DNA of 64,000 nucleotides, from the NCBI RefSeq assembly GCF_009914755.1, contig NC_060925.1. One strand, 5' to 3'. The notes below the pieces were generated by a model that searched no databases, was not told where the DNA came from, and was given only the letters and a program-made list of their open reading frames with translations. The DNA is from the human T2T-CHM13v2.0 reference genome, Homo sapiens. This document shows positions 40,090-50,620 of this stretch, one piece after another. Position numbers and translations under genes: made by a program. How positions within the stretch are numbered: the first letter of the stretch is position 1; every line of letters starts with the position of its first letter.

Positions 40090-40575
40090 GTCATGGTGCA
40101 GTCAGCAACAGAAAAACCACACTAGAGATTCAGCGAAGGGTCTGACGCAGGAAACTGGTTATAGGTAGAAGAGGGATGAGCTGAAGAGCCAGAAAGATGA
40201 TGAGGCCACCCAAAACACAGCAGTAGTGAAAAGCAGCTGTCATTCCTAGGACTGAAAGGACACAGAAACAAGGTGGCATGCCTGGAGCCCAGAAGCTGGG
40301 ATTATCAGGTGGAAGCCAGAGCCATGGTGGAGGGAGAACGTCAAGAGAGCTTGGAGCCATGGAAACAGGGGCTGTCCGATGGGAGCTGGAATCACAAAGG
40401 AGAGGCAGCTGCTGCTGAAAATGCCACCTGAAGCAGAAAAGCAGCATACTACTCCAGTATCTCTTCCAGCTTAATCTATCAGGAGGCCAGAAGGCCAAGG
40501 GCCCTGGAACACCTAGATTCCTGAGACACAGGGCATGGAAAGGGGGGGAAATGAACAAATGAACCGGAGAGCAGA
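40090..40575 (-). mobile_element. LTR33 ERVL LTR
   Basis: aaccacactag...gaactggtt...gagctgaagagcc...ggagcccagaagctggg...ggaagccagagccatgg...gggagctggaatcac. Confidence 0.7.
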
Positions 40576-40751
40576 TGGGCCATTGGTGGGTACAAGGTTT
40601 GAGCTGGGACCTACCAGAGGCCCCCAAATGGGGGTTGTGGCAGCCACATCAGGCATTTACATAGCTATTAATAAGACTTCTTAAAAATCAGTCAAGGATC
40701 AATCAGAGAAGCAGAAATGCTCTAAGTGCTGTAGAAGAATAGGTGAGCTTG

Positions 40752-41357
40752 CACAGATGGCCCTTGCTTTGGTTGGGTGCCACTGAACGAAAACCGTGAG
40801 AATGTGCAACAGGGGAAGAAAGAAGAACCAAAATTCCCAGGCCCTGTTTTTTCTCGTAAAACTACTTTAAAAATGAGATTCATTTATATTTTTAATTTAC
40901 ATTTTATGTTTTTGTATAGATTGTTAGGGTCAGCCATTTCTAATGATCTGGAATGAACAAACCAGCCTTCAGAGCATTCTCTGTCCTGCTTCTGACTTTA
41001 CTTGTGGTATGACCATGTTCATTATAATATCAAAGGTGGAAAAAAACTTGTAAAAAAGTAGCAACAATAAAAACCCAAACTTATTTTGAGCATTCCAGTA
41101 ACTGCTTTTGTGAATGTCCTTAGCCGTACCACAAGTAGTTGGCTTGTATGAGATGGTGAAAAAGGTCAAAGATAAAAACAAGTAGTTAGTTTGTATGAGG
41201 TGGTTACAAAGTCATTTTTTGTCTATACAGTTGCTGTTCATTTATGTATTTATTTTGGCCTGTTTGATGTATGTGTGAAACAATGTTGTTCACAACATTA
41301 ATAATAAACTGGAATTTTATTTTGCTGAGTTGCTCTCACAGAAAAAGAAAAGAAAAA
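40752..41357 (+). pseudogene. PTMA: 5'-truncated processed pseudogene of prothymosin alpha (3'UTR only)
   Basis: Matches recalled PTMA 3'UTR: ttgttagggtcagccattt, aaaccagccttc, ttctgactttacttgtgg, gagcattccagtaac, ggcctgtttgatgtatgtgtgaaacaatgttg, aataaa (41303) ...ggaattttattttgctgagttg; A-rich tail 41340-41357. Confidence 0.88.
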
Positions 41358-41623
41358 GGTGGGTTTGTTTTTGTTTTAAGAGGGGCTAGATCTTATGCAA
41401 TTGTGGGGCTGGAGAAGCAGCCTGTGGAGGCTCTTTGCTGCCTCTCACTCTAGCGCTGAGGCTGAAGTGCCTTTATGTCAGCTGGTCAGGGAGGCACAGA
41501 GGACTTGGATGTGGATGAAAGTGAGGACAAAGTGAAATCTAAGGATAAAATAGAACCCATGAGCTGGGACCCACACAGACACCTTGGAACCTTTGTTTGT
41601 CCCTCACTCCTTCTACCATGACC

Positions 41624-41775
41624 CGTGACCTGCAGGGAGGTTGACACCGCTCACCACGGAGCTCCACGTGTTCTTGGTCCAGGACCTGGGGAGGCTGGAG
41701 GAAGAGATCCGGTGGGAGCTGGAGAAACCACACACCAGATGGTGCCCATGCCAACATGGTGGACCAGCAGACAAA
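41624..41775 (+). pseudogene. APOA4: Decayed APOA4 coding fragment (about precursor residues 74-124) inside the LTR
   Basis: DLQ/(fs)/LTPLTTELHVFLVQDLGRLEEEIRWELEKPHTR/(fs)/HANMVDQQ vs recalled APOA4 [49 protein letters not shown]; 16/33 identical in the central block. Confidence 0.8.
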
Positions 41776-42134
41776 GCTGCCCCATGCCTGTTGCCCAGCT
41801 ATGACCTTCAGAGGCCAACAGGCACAGATGCTGCCTGTCTCCTGCCTTCCAAACATGTGCATAGTATTTCTTGTGGACAGGGGACAGGGCCAACTGGAAA
41901 CCATGTGGGGAAGATAATTTGGGAAACATGGTCCTGATGAACTTAGCTGATGCAGCCTGAAGCCACCAGAGTGATCCCCTGTGTCCACTCTGCTTTTTCT
42001 CCTTTGAGTAGAGCTGCTTCCCTGTGAAACCCTGAAAGCGAGGGGAGGGCTGGGAGTGTGGATTGTCAAGTGGGATCCAGACATTGCTGAGATCCGGCTG
42101 GAATCCCCCACAATACCATGGAAAACCAGTTGTT

Positions 42135-42292
42135 TACAGTGATGCTCAGCGTTCCAGCATTTGGACCATCTGGGGAGGTGCCTGGCATTGCTCAAGATGA
42201 ATTAAGCTAACACCTGGCATGGGGAGGGGCACATGCTGGTCAGTCTTCCTGGCTCCCCTGGTGATTCCGATCCAAGGTGGAGAACCACGGGT
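42135..42292. mobile_element. MER5-like hAT remnant
   Basis: cagtgatgctca...gctcccctggtgattccgat...aggtggagaaccacgg. Confidence 0.5.
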
Positions 42293-43207
42293 CTAAAGAC
42301 ACCCATATTTCACCCAAGTGCCCTGATGGTTTATGGTTTATGGGGGAGTCTGATTATTTCACACTGAGATATGAGGAAAGATCAAGTATGGGCATGCTTA
42401 TACACTGAAAATGTGTTTTAAGATGGCAAGAGTCAATAGATCTTCATTTCTCAGGCAGCTACATGTATTTTGCAGTAACAAGAAGCATGAGCTAATGAGC
42501 CATATGACCTCCTTGTGCTGCAACAGCCTTGCCTGTGCTACGACATCCTCAGAAGCTGTGGGGCCCTGGCTCTGAGGACAGGGCAGGAGGAAAACATCCC
42601 GAGGAGCCCATAGGTGCTGAGTGGAGAGGGTGGGGGTGCAGTAGAGGCTGCCTGTGGCATCACAGGAGGCTTCGAGATCCCCTCTGGCCCCTCGGCATCC
42701 CCTAACGGAACTGCAAAGGAGGACCAGCAGCAGGCAGGCATCCAGGACCCATTTCCACCAGCCTCAGGTGGGCACCTAGGTCTACCCCTTCTGGGAGCTG
42801 AGGCCAGCAGAGCAGGAGGGCCAGGCCCTGGGTCCACTGCCCTTGCTTCCCTCTGACCACAACACCCCATAATGGCCCTGCTTCTAGTGCAGTGATAGGG
42901 CTGGGCCAGGCCTGCAAGGTGCCGTCTCAAAGCTCCTGGGTGCTCCTAGTGTGCCACCTGCTGAGGACACTGCTCTAAAGCCAGGGTTTGGGCTGTGTAA
43001 AGTGGAGACCAGGGGTAGAGTGGTCCCCAGTATCCTCTCCCCTCCATGCCTCCAGGGGGTTAGTGGCTCTGCTGGAAACTCACTGTTGAATCCCCTACTG
43101 CTCCCAGCAGAATGTGCTCTTCAATGTGTTAGGGAGTGTTTGCTGAGCACCTACTATGTGCTGGGCTATGCATAAGGGGGCTGTGCGTGTGTGTCTCTGT
43201 GTTTGCA

Positions 43208-43209
<2 letters not shown>

Positions 43210-43241
<32 letters not shown>
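43210..43241. repeat. (TG)16 microsatellite
   Basis: Direct reading; degenerate TG flanks span 43183-43250. Confidence 0.95.
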
Positions 43242-43249
<8 letters not shown>

Positions 43250-45019
43250 TATAAGAGAGATCCAGGTTCTTACCTGATTCCACAAGGACTCAGATGCCCA
43301 ACACCTCCCTGTGGGGTCCTCCAAGCCTCATCCCAACCACTCCATCTGCCCCAGAAGACCTAGAGGGCCTCCTTCCTCACCACCATAGCAGAAATCCCAG
43401 CAATGGGTTTCCCTGACTCAGCTCAGGTTGCCTGCCTGTCACGGATCCACTCACTGCATGGGGGATAGAAGGAAGACCCCGCCTGGCTGTGCCCGGACCT
43501 GCCCCACAGAATCACATGAACTGAGCAGGGATGGGAGGGACCATTCCCAAAGAAAGATGGGGTCCTAACACCACAGAGGAAAGGGGGCTGCTGGGCAGAA
43601 GGACAGCTGGGCCCTGGCAGGGCATTCAGGGTGGCCAGTGCTTCCAGGGAGCAGACAGGGCCAGGGAAGGCTGGCTGGGCTCAAGTGCTGCAAGGGCGGC
43701 TTGGACACAGGGTGGGAGCTGGCAGCTGTGGGTTTCAGGATCCAGGACCAGCCTTGGCCATGTGGGCAGATGGTCCGGAAACTGGGGCCGAGCCCTGCTG
43801 TGGTCTGCAGGCCAACGGGACACACAAGGGCATGAAAAGCCTGGCTGGGGTTGGAGCTTTGTATGTCAGGGAAAGGCATCTGCAGGGAAGTTGGGGCTGA
43901 GCACGACGACCGTGGGTCTGCGCTGCCCACCCCTCAGAGCCTCAGCTGCTCCAAGAAAAGGAGCAGAGGGAGCTGAAGGCCTCTGGGCCATCACAAGCTC
44001 AGTCCTGGTTCTTTCCAGGCTTGTTCCAGTGGCCTCTGTTTTCAGCCCCAGCAGCTGAGGTCTCTAAACCTGAAGGTGCCCAGCTGAACCTGGGCTCTGC
44101 TCATCTCCGTGGGCGGGACCTTGGTAGTGAACGAAGGCTGCTCTAGAAGGAGCCTGAGTCCTCTGCCCTGGGGGGTCTGAAGGGACGGGTGGCTTCCACC
44201 TGCACAAGGGGAACAAGGGTCAGAGAACCCAGGGGCCAATGCTCTACCCAGGCTCAGATCAACCAGGCTCGGGACACTGGAGCCTGGCTGAGGGGCCTCT
44301 GCTTAGGGCCAGCCTTCCCCAGCCACCCGTTTCCACGGCAACCAGAGCCCTCTGGCTGTGGCTGAGCCCCACGCCCACCCTGGCCCCGCCACTGAAAAGG
44401 GACAGCCCGAGGGCTGGCTTTCCTGCCCAAGGCACGTACCTTGTCATAGGCCATGATAGGTGGGGGGGGACCAGGTCATTACAGCCAGGCCTGAGCAGAT
44501 CAGATAGGCTGTGAGATCTGTAACCAGGTGATGTGTTGGGGCTCATTACAAATCCAAGCGTCCCTCCTCTCCCCTGCTTGTTTTTAACGAAAATCAGGGA
44601 GGCGTTAGCACAGGGAGATGTGGGTGCATTTTCTCAGCCTGTGGAGCCGAACGCACTGCCCTCCTCCAAGATGTCAGAACAGGGCTCAGGACAGTGCCAG
44701 GTGAGGCCTGTGCACTGGAGTCGGTGGGCTCTAAAGGCTGCTGGGGGGCCAGGGCCTGAAAGGGGAGCACTTCTGGGTGGGAGGGAGTCCCAGCATCAGA
44801 GGCATGGCTGCTCCCTGGCTCACCCCTGCTTCTGTTCTGGAGGCCGAACAGAGCCCTGCCCTGGCTCCTCCCCAACTGTGCCCTATTGATCCCTCCATAG
44901 GGTGGGTGGTCCCTGAGAGAGCATCATGTAAGGCTCAGGCTTTGGGGGCAGCAGACCTGGGGTTGCTGCTGCCTCTCCCCACTCCTCATGCTCTCCCCTC
45001 TCCTCATGCTCTCCCCTCA

Positions 45020-45420
45020 CCACACACTGCCCCAGGGCCTTCTTTATTCCTCCCAGCACACTCCTTCTCACCCCAGGGCCTTTGCACATGCTGTCCTGCT
45101 CCCTAGATCACTCTGTCATGCCCCTACTCTTCACCTAGCTCTTCTTCAGTTCTCAACTTAAATATCTGCTCCTAACATCACCCCTATCTGAGTTAGTCTC
45201 CCTCATCTTCCCACAGCCTCTTGTATGTGGCATACTTGGAGACATCCAAGGTCTAATTACACACTTGCCCGTGTGCCTCTTCCTTGAAAGACCATGCCCC
45301 TCCTGACTGTGAGCCCCAGAGGGGCGGCCCCTTGTCTGAGTTGTTTATTTCTCACTCCTGCCCCCAGCACATACCTGGCACATAGTAGGTGGGAGCTCAG
45401 CAAATGCCCTGGGTGAATAT
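45020..45420 (+). mobile_element. L2 3' fragment
   Basis: ccccagggcctttgcacatgctg...gactgtgagccc...cccagcaca.acctggcacatagtaggt. Confidence 0.8.
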
Positions 45421-46126
45421 GTGGAACTTTCAGAATGGAAAGAGTAAACCACACAAATGCCCGCATCTCTTTAAGTCGGGCAGAAATAACAGAGAGTGTT
45501 GTTAATTGTTTTTATTTGGGGGATGTTGGTTTTCATTTTATTTTCTCTTTTAATAACTCACACTGCATAATCAGCTGGTAATTACAGCTTCCATCTCTGG
45601 TTTCTGCCTCCCTGACTCGGGCTCCGAGGATGGGAAGCGTTTCATATCTAATCAGTATTTGAGCTGGAATGCTCTCAGGGGAGCCAGCTCATGGGGTGTG
45701 GAGTTTGATTCTCAGTCATGTTCATTAGAACAGGAAAACAACTTGAGCTCAGAGCGGAGCTTCTGTGGGCCCCGGTGACAAGATGAGAGGACACACTCCT
45801 GCTCACCACACCCCCTTAGCCCATCCCTGCCCAGGGCTGGGGCAGAACCAGCTGTCCCTCCTGCTCCTGGGGTGCCTCTGCCAGCATGCCCAGGGAGGCA
45901 GGATGGCCACTGATGGCCAGAGGGGGAATCAGCTGCCTCACCTGCAAGTCCTCCTCAGGAGCTTTCTGGAAAGACCCAGGTGGTGAGAGGAGCAGGCGGA
46001 ATTTTAGGGAGAGACTAGGGGCATTTCTAGACAGTTGGCCCTATCTCCTCTCCAAGGGGGACAGAATTTTCCTTAATCAGCCACCACTGTCTGCTCTCAT
46101 CTGCCTGCCAGCGTTGGCTCCAGCCA

Positions 46127-46697
46127 CTGTCCTCCAGCCACTCCCAGGAAGGGAGCCCTGTCCACCAGCCGCTCCCAGGAAGGGAGCCCTGTCCTCTTGC
46201 CACTCCCTGGAAGGGATCCCTGTCCTCCAGCCACTCCCAGGAAGGGAGCCCTGTCCTCTTGCCACTCCCTGGAAGGGATCCCTGTCCACCACCCACTCCC
46301 TGGAAGGGATCCCTGTCCACCACCCACTCCCAGGAAGGGATCCCTGTCCTCCAGCCACTCCCAGGGAAGGAGCCCTGTCCTCCGGCCTCTCCCAGGGAGG
46401 GAGCCATGTCCTCCGGCCACTCCCAGGGAGGGAGCCCTGACCTCCTGCCACTCCCAGGGAGGGAGCCCTCTCCTCCAGCCACTCCCAGGGAGGGAGCCCT
46501 GTCCTCCAGCCACTCCCAGGGAGGGAGCCCTGTCCTCCAGCCACTCCCAGGGAGGGAGCCCTGTCCTCCAGCCACTCCCAGGGAGGGAGCCCTGTCCTCC
46601 ACCCACTCCCAGGAAGGGATCCCTGTCCTCCAGCCACTCCCAGGGAGGGATCCCTGCCCTCCTGCCACTCCCAGGGAGGCAGCATGTCCTCTAGCCA
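46127..46697. repeat. GC-rich minisatellite (VNTR), 31-bp unit, ~18 copies
   Basis: Unit gtcctccagccactcccagggagggagccct (starts at 46501, 46532, 46563); 31-aa period in the ORF track equals 3 units. Confidence 0.95.
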
Positions 46698-47099
46698 TGT
46701 CCTAAAGAGTGCTTTGAGTTCAAAGCATCTGCACTGGGACCAGAGGAGCACAAGAGCTTGCTACAGAGCAGAGGTTAGAGCCTCATCTTCATTTGCGGAC
46801 CAGCGATCCCTCCCCATCCCTGACTGGAGTTCCAAGGCTTCCTTTTAATAATAATTCTAAATTTATTCAAGGGAAGAGCAGGAATGATGACCTCAAATGG
46901 CTCCTGGGGACTTGGGCTGTGGTGCTTACCGGCTTGTCCTTCCAGAGAGGAGAAAGGCCCTTCTTTCTGGGGATTGGAGGCTGGACCCTGGTGCACGCTT
47001 GTCAGCTTTTCAACAATAGAGCCATGGTTGGGTGCACACAGGTTGGGGGCACGCAGGGATGGTCATGGGCAGAGGGAACAGCTGTACAAAGTGGGTCAG

Positions 47100-47480
47100 T
47101 GTGACCAAGGCAGGTAGTAGGGGAGGGGTGACTGCTGAGGGACCTTGGGGGCCACATGGAGAAGTTTTGGCTTGACCCTGAGTGCCGTGGGGAGCCCTGG
47201 AGGGCAGCAGGCCTTGGGGAGACTGGACGAACCATGCTTATTAGAAAGATCAGAGCTGCTGCATGGACGGTGGGCTGCAGCAGGAAAGATGGAGCAGGAC
47301 CAGTCGCAGGAGGCTGTTGCCTCATCCAGGCCAGACACGATGGTCCCTGGAGCAAGGCAGGGACAGCTGGGATGCAGAGAGGGCCTTGTGAGCAGAGAGA
47401 ATGGGGTTGGGAGGAGGGAGAGGCTGAGGAGACAGGATGTGGCCATCACTAGATGTGGATATGAGAGGGAGCGTGGCAGG
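47100..47480 (-). mobile_element. L2 fragment
   Basis: ggccacatggagaagttttggctt...ggggagccctggaggg...ttagaaagatca...ggaggctgttgc...tccagg. Confidence 0.75.
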
Positions 47481-47769
47481 GGGTGTGATGACCAGATCTC
47501 CAGCCGGGGGAGACAGCAAGGTCATCAGCTGGGGCCACTTGGAGGCCTCTTAACTATCAACCCATTCATCTCCTAAAAGGCCCAGTCTAGGGCCCGGGAA
47601 ACAAGAGTACCCTGAGGAATCACACCGATTCTCATTACCCTTGGTGGGGGTGTCCTAAGGTCCCTGCAAAACCTCCATGGCAGCCTGGAAACTGCTTAGG
47701 GGCACCTGGGCTCCCTCCCTCCTCCCACCCACATATGGCAAAGAAAAAACTCCTCTGAACATAAGAGTT

Positions 47770-48160
47770 TGGCTGGAAGTAAACAGATTAGTGATGGTGA
47801 TGTGCTAGCACTTTATTAATTACTTGTCCTAAATACGTTTAAACCCAGGCCTTTAATTTAGATTTATTAGGATAATTCAGATTTATAAGACTAGCTATTA
47901 TGCATTAAGTACATAAAATGCCAATTGGTTTTCATAGGAGATATTTATTGAAGTATAAAAAGGAAAATATGTAAAATCTAATTGCCCTTGAGTTTTTGCT
48001 TCAGAATTGATGGAGAAGTACAGGAGTGGGGCAAATTCACCTCACCTCACGAGACGCTCTCATCTCCATGGACTGTAATTTGACCTCCCCTTGCTGTTCA
48101 TTTAAATAAAAACCAGACGTCACACCATGAATGAGACGCGCACCTGACCACAATGGAAGC
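47770..48160. promoter_or_regulatory. Candidate conserved non-coding element / developmental enhancer
   Basis: Repeat-free AT-rich island in GC-rich surroundings, dense in FOX, HOX/homeodomain and SOX motifs; inference only. Confidence 0.45.
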
Positions 48161-49079
48161 TGCTGTCTGGGGCTGTGTCTAAACCAGCATGAGGGTGAAA
48201 GGACAAGTGGGGTCAGGGAAGCGTGGTGGGGCGAACACTGGATCGGGGGTCTGGAGCCCTGGGCTGTGGTCTTTGCTCTGATTCTGGCTCCTCTGGGCAG
48301 ATCCATGAACTGGGAAGGGCTGCGACTCGGTGGTCTGGACGTCGTCTCCAGCTCTGGAGTGTGAAGGATCTGGAAAGGTGGTCCTACCCCTAATGGTGGA
48401 TGGTCACTCATCCTCACCAGCTGTTGCATGACACGGCCAGAGCAGCTCAGGGGGCACTGTGCCAGGCAGGCCTCCCTCCAGTGGGATCAGCCACCAGCCA
48501 CAGGACTGTGTGGATGAAGAGAATGAAAGCTTGAAGGCCAGGCTCTGGGCTGGGGCTCATGGTCTGGTTGGTGAGACATGATGCCCAACCAATTAGGATC
48601 TGGCTCCCAAATCCAGGAACTGGATTTGGAAGAGGCTGGCAGTCTATGAAAATGTCTGGGAACCGCCATTAGGTGGCCGCGTTGGTGGCCATTACTCCAA
48701 CCTCCCTCTTTTCCAGGGGGCTTTTGCACAAGTCCCCACGGCCTGGTAGTGACAGGTGGAGAAACCTGGGATCTCTGGCCAGCTCTGCTGTCAGCCAGCA
48801 GTTTGACAAACTATTTCAGGATGAATGTTGGCCTCTGCCAGCAGCTTCTCCCCAGGCTCTTTCCTGGAGCCCAGAACAGTTACCTACACCCACCCCTGGC
48901 CCTTCTTTCTTTCGTCTCCAGGAACTGGCTCTGCTAAACCAGCCACTTCTCAGGACTCATGAACAGGAGCAGCCCCAGCAGGGTGGGGCTGCAGAGAGTG
49001 CCTGGGAGCTGGGAGAGGATGAGGAGGAGGAGGTCTGCCTCCCAGGACTGCTTCCATGATGACAGCAACAATGACAGTC

Positions 49080-49260
49080 ACGGCCGTTTTTGATATTCAC
49101 TAAGAACCACTTTCCATACATTGTCTCCTCTAATCCTCCTGATAGCTGTCTGAGCAGGGTGCTATGGCCCCACCCAGCTGCCAAGGAGGGCTCAGAGAGG
49201 TAAGTGCCCTGGCCAAGGTCACACAGCTAGAAAGAGGTAGAGTGTGGCTGTGTTCCTGAT
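49080..49260 (-). mobile_element. MIR SINE
   Basis: ggctcagagaggtaagtgccctggccaaggtcacacagctag. Confidence 0.75.
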
Positions 49261-49449
49261 CTGCTGGCCCCAGCTCTTTCCCCAGCCCAGGCTGCCTCTC
49301 TAACTAGTCTGCCTGCAATATCTCTCTGCTACCCGCAAGAATGAGTCTTACCCCTACCTGTGGGTACTAATCACCTTTCCCATTCTGGCTCTGACCCTTT
49401 CAGCCTCTTCACCTGCCTTCCTCTTCCGTCACTCCCACACTCAATGACA

Positions 49450-50260
49450 AACCCTTCCCCAGACAAGCCCTGGGGTTTCAGTAAAGGAGTCATCAACACC
49501 ACCATAATAGTTCAATGAGCAGCCACATGGTCCACCTGAAATGTTGCCTTTAGTTGGCATTTCATCCCAGACAGCCACAGGCACTAATTTAAGTAACGTT
49601 GGTGCCACTGCATCTCAGGCACTACCAGACTCCCATTTTCCACTGGTAATGAGATCCTCACTGCACGCCAGACAACCGACATCCAAATCCCATCCTTGAT
49701 GGTTTGTTTCCTGGGATCACTCCTAGTGGCAAGTGCTGTAGCCATCAGGGTTCATTTAGGGAAAGCCTGAGAAAAATAAAGACTTTGAACTTGGGAGATT
49801 TGATTGAGGGAACTCCCTACAACTGTCTTAAAAGAGCTGAAAGAGGAAAGAAGGTGTGACAACCCCAAGATCAGTGACTTGGGAGGCACTGCCACCCCTA
49901 GGGCTGGGGGCACAAATAGCAGGAGGTGGTGCCACGGGCTCAGGACTGCATGTCCTGCTGACTCTGGTCAGGCTTGTGCCATGCTGCTGCTGCTGGTGTA
50001 ATCCATCACTGGGGCCACTACTGCCAGAGCCACCCACCTCCTGGCCAGCTGCAGTTGGCCCCTGTAGCTGCTGCCACAGCCACCAAAGAAGCAGGAACTT
50101 CTTTCCTTTGCATATGCCAGGAAAAAAGAGAGAAGGAACAGCCAATGGCACCTCCTCTGCTCCTGCCTTCCTCTGGAAGCACCTACTGGCCAAAGTGAAC
50201 TGCAAAGCAGGGGCCAGGGAGCCTGGGGAAAAGGCTGCAAGAAATGGCAAGTAGAATAAT
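49450..50260 (-). mobile_element. LTR33-like 5' LTR (~49738-50260) with adjacent ERVL leader/gag start (~49450-49735)
   Basis: Minus strand after the LTR end reads ttgccactaggagtgatcccaggaaacaaaccatcaaggatggga, an ERVL PBS/leader-like sequence. Confidence 0.6.
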
Positions 50261-50289
50261 GAGGTGCACCGTGACTCGGGGTTTGGGTT

Positions 50290-50620
50290 TTTACAACAAA
50301 AAGGCATGTGTTTGAAACTCAGCTCTGTGACTTACTAGCTGTGTGACCTTCAGCAAGCACTTGACCTCTCCGAGTCACGGTTTCTCCATAAGTAAACTGG
50401 GAGGTAATAGCATCCACTTCACAGGGTTCATATGAGGATGAGATGAGATCAGCTCTGCAGAAGTGCCTACCACAGAGCCTGGCATATAATATGCTCATAT
50501 TTTACTCCATGCCCTTGAACAAGTGCCTGGGCCTCTCTGGGCTGTGTTTTCTCATCTGTTAAATGAACGAGGTTGGACTACAGGCTCCCTAAGGTTTGTC
50601 CGGATTTGATGGCTATGAAT
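50290..50620 (+). mobile_element. Two adjacent MIR fragments
   Basis: cttactagctgtgtgaccttcagcaag...; ccttgaacaag...ttttctcatctgttaaatga. Confidence 0.75.

Larger units (their letters stand above)
40688..41970 (-). mobile_element. Old ERVL-type LTR (probably LTR50-like) with an APOA4-derived segment; interrupted by a PTMA retrocopy
   Basis: LTR end tcagtcaaggatcaatcagagaagcaga (40688-40740); resumes ~41360; other end gccttccaaa...ttcttgtgg...gggaaacatggt...ttagct; family name uncertain. Confidence 0.65.

Noticed and set aside
41641-41937. Functional apolipoprotein-like 98-aa gene
   Set aside because: TTG start, APOA4 similarity broken by frameshifts, no signal peptide or exon structure
45886-46751. 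Repeat-protein gene or CRISPR-like array
   Set aside because: Head-to-tail 31-bp units with no unique spacers in primate DNA; the ORFs arise because the unit has no stop codons
40090-50260. Two same-orientation LTR33-like elements as the ends of one provirus
   Set aside because: The intervening ~9 kb is unique DNA, L2 and MIR rather than retroviral internal sequence; no shared TSD seen
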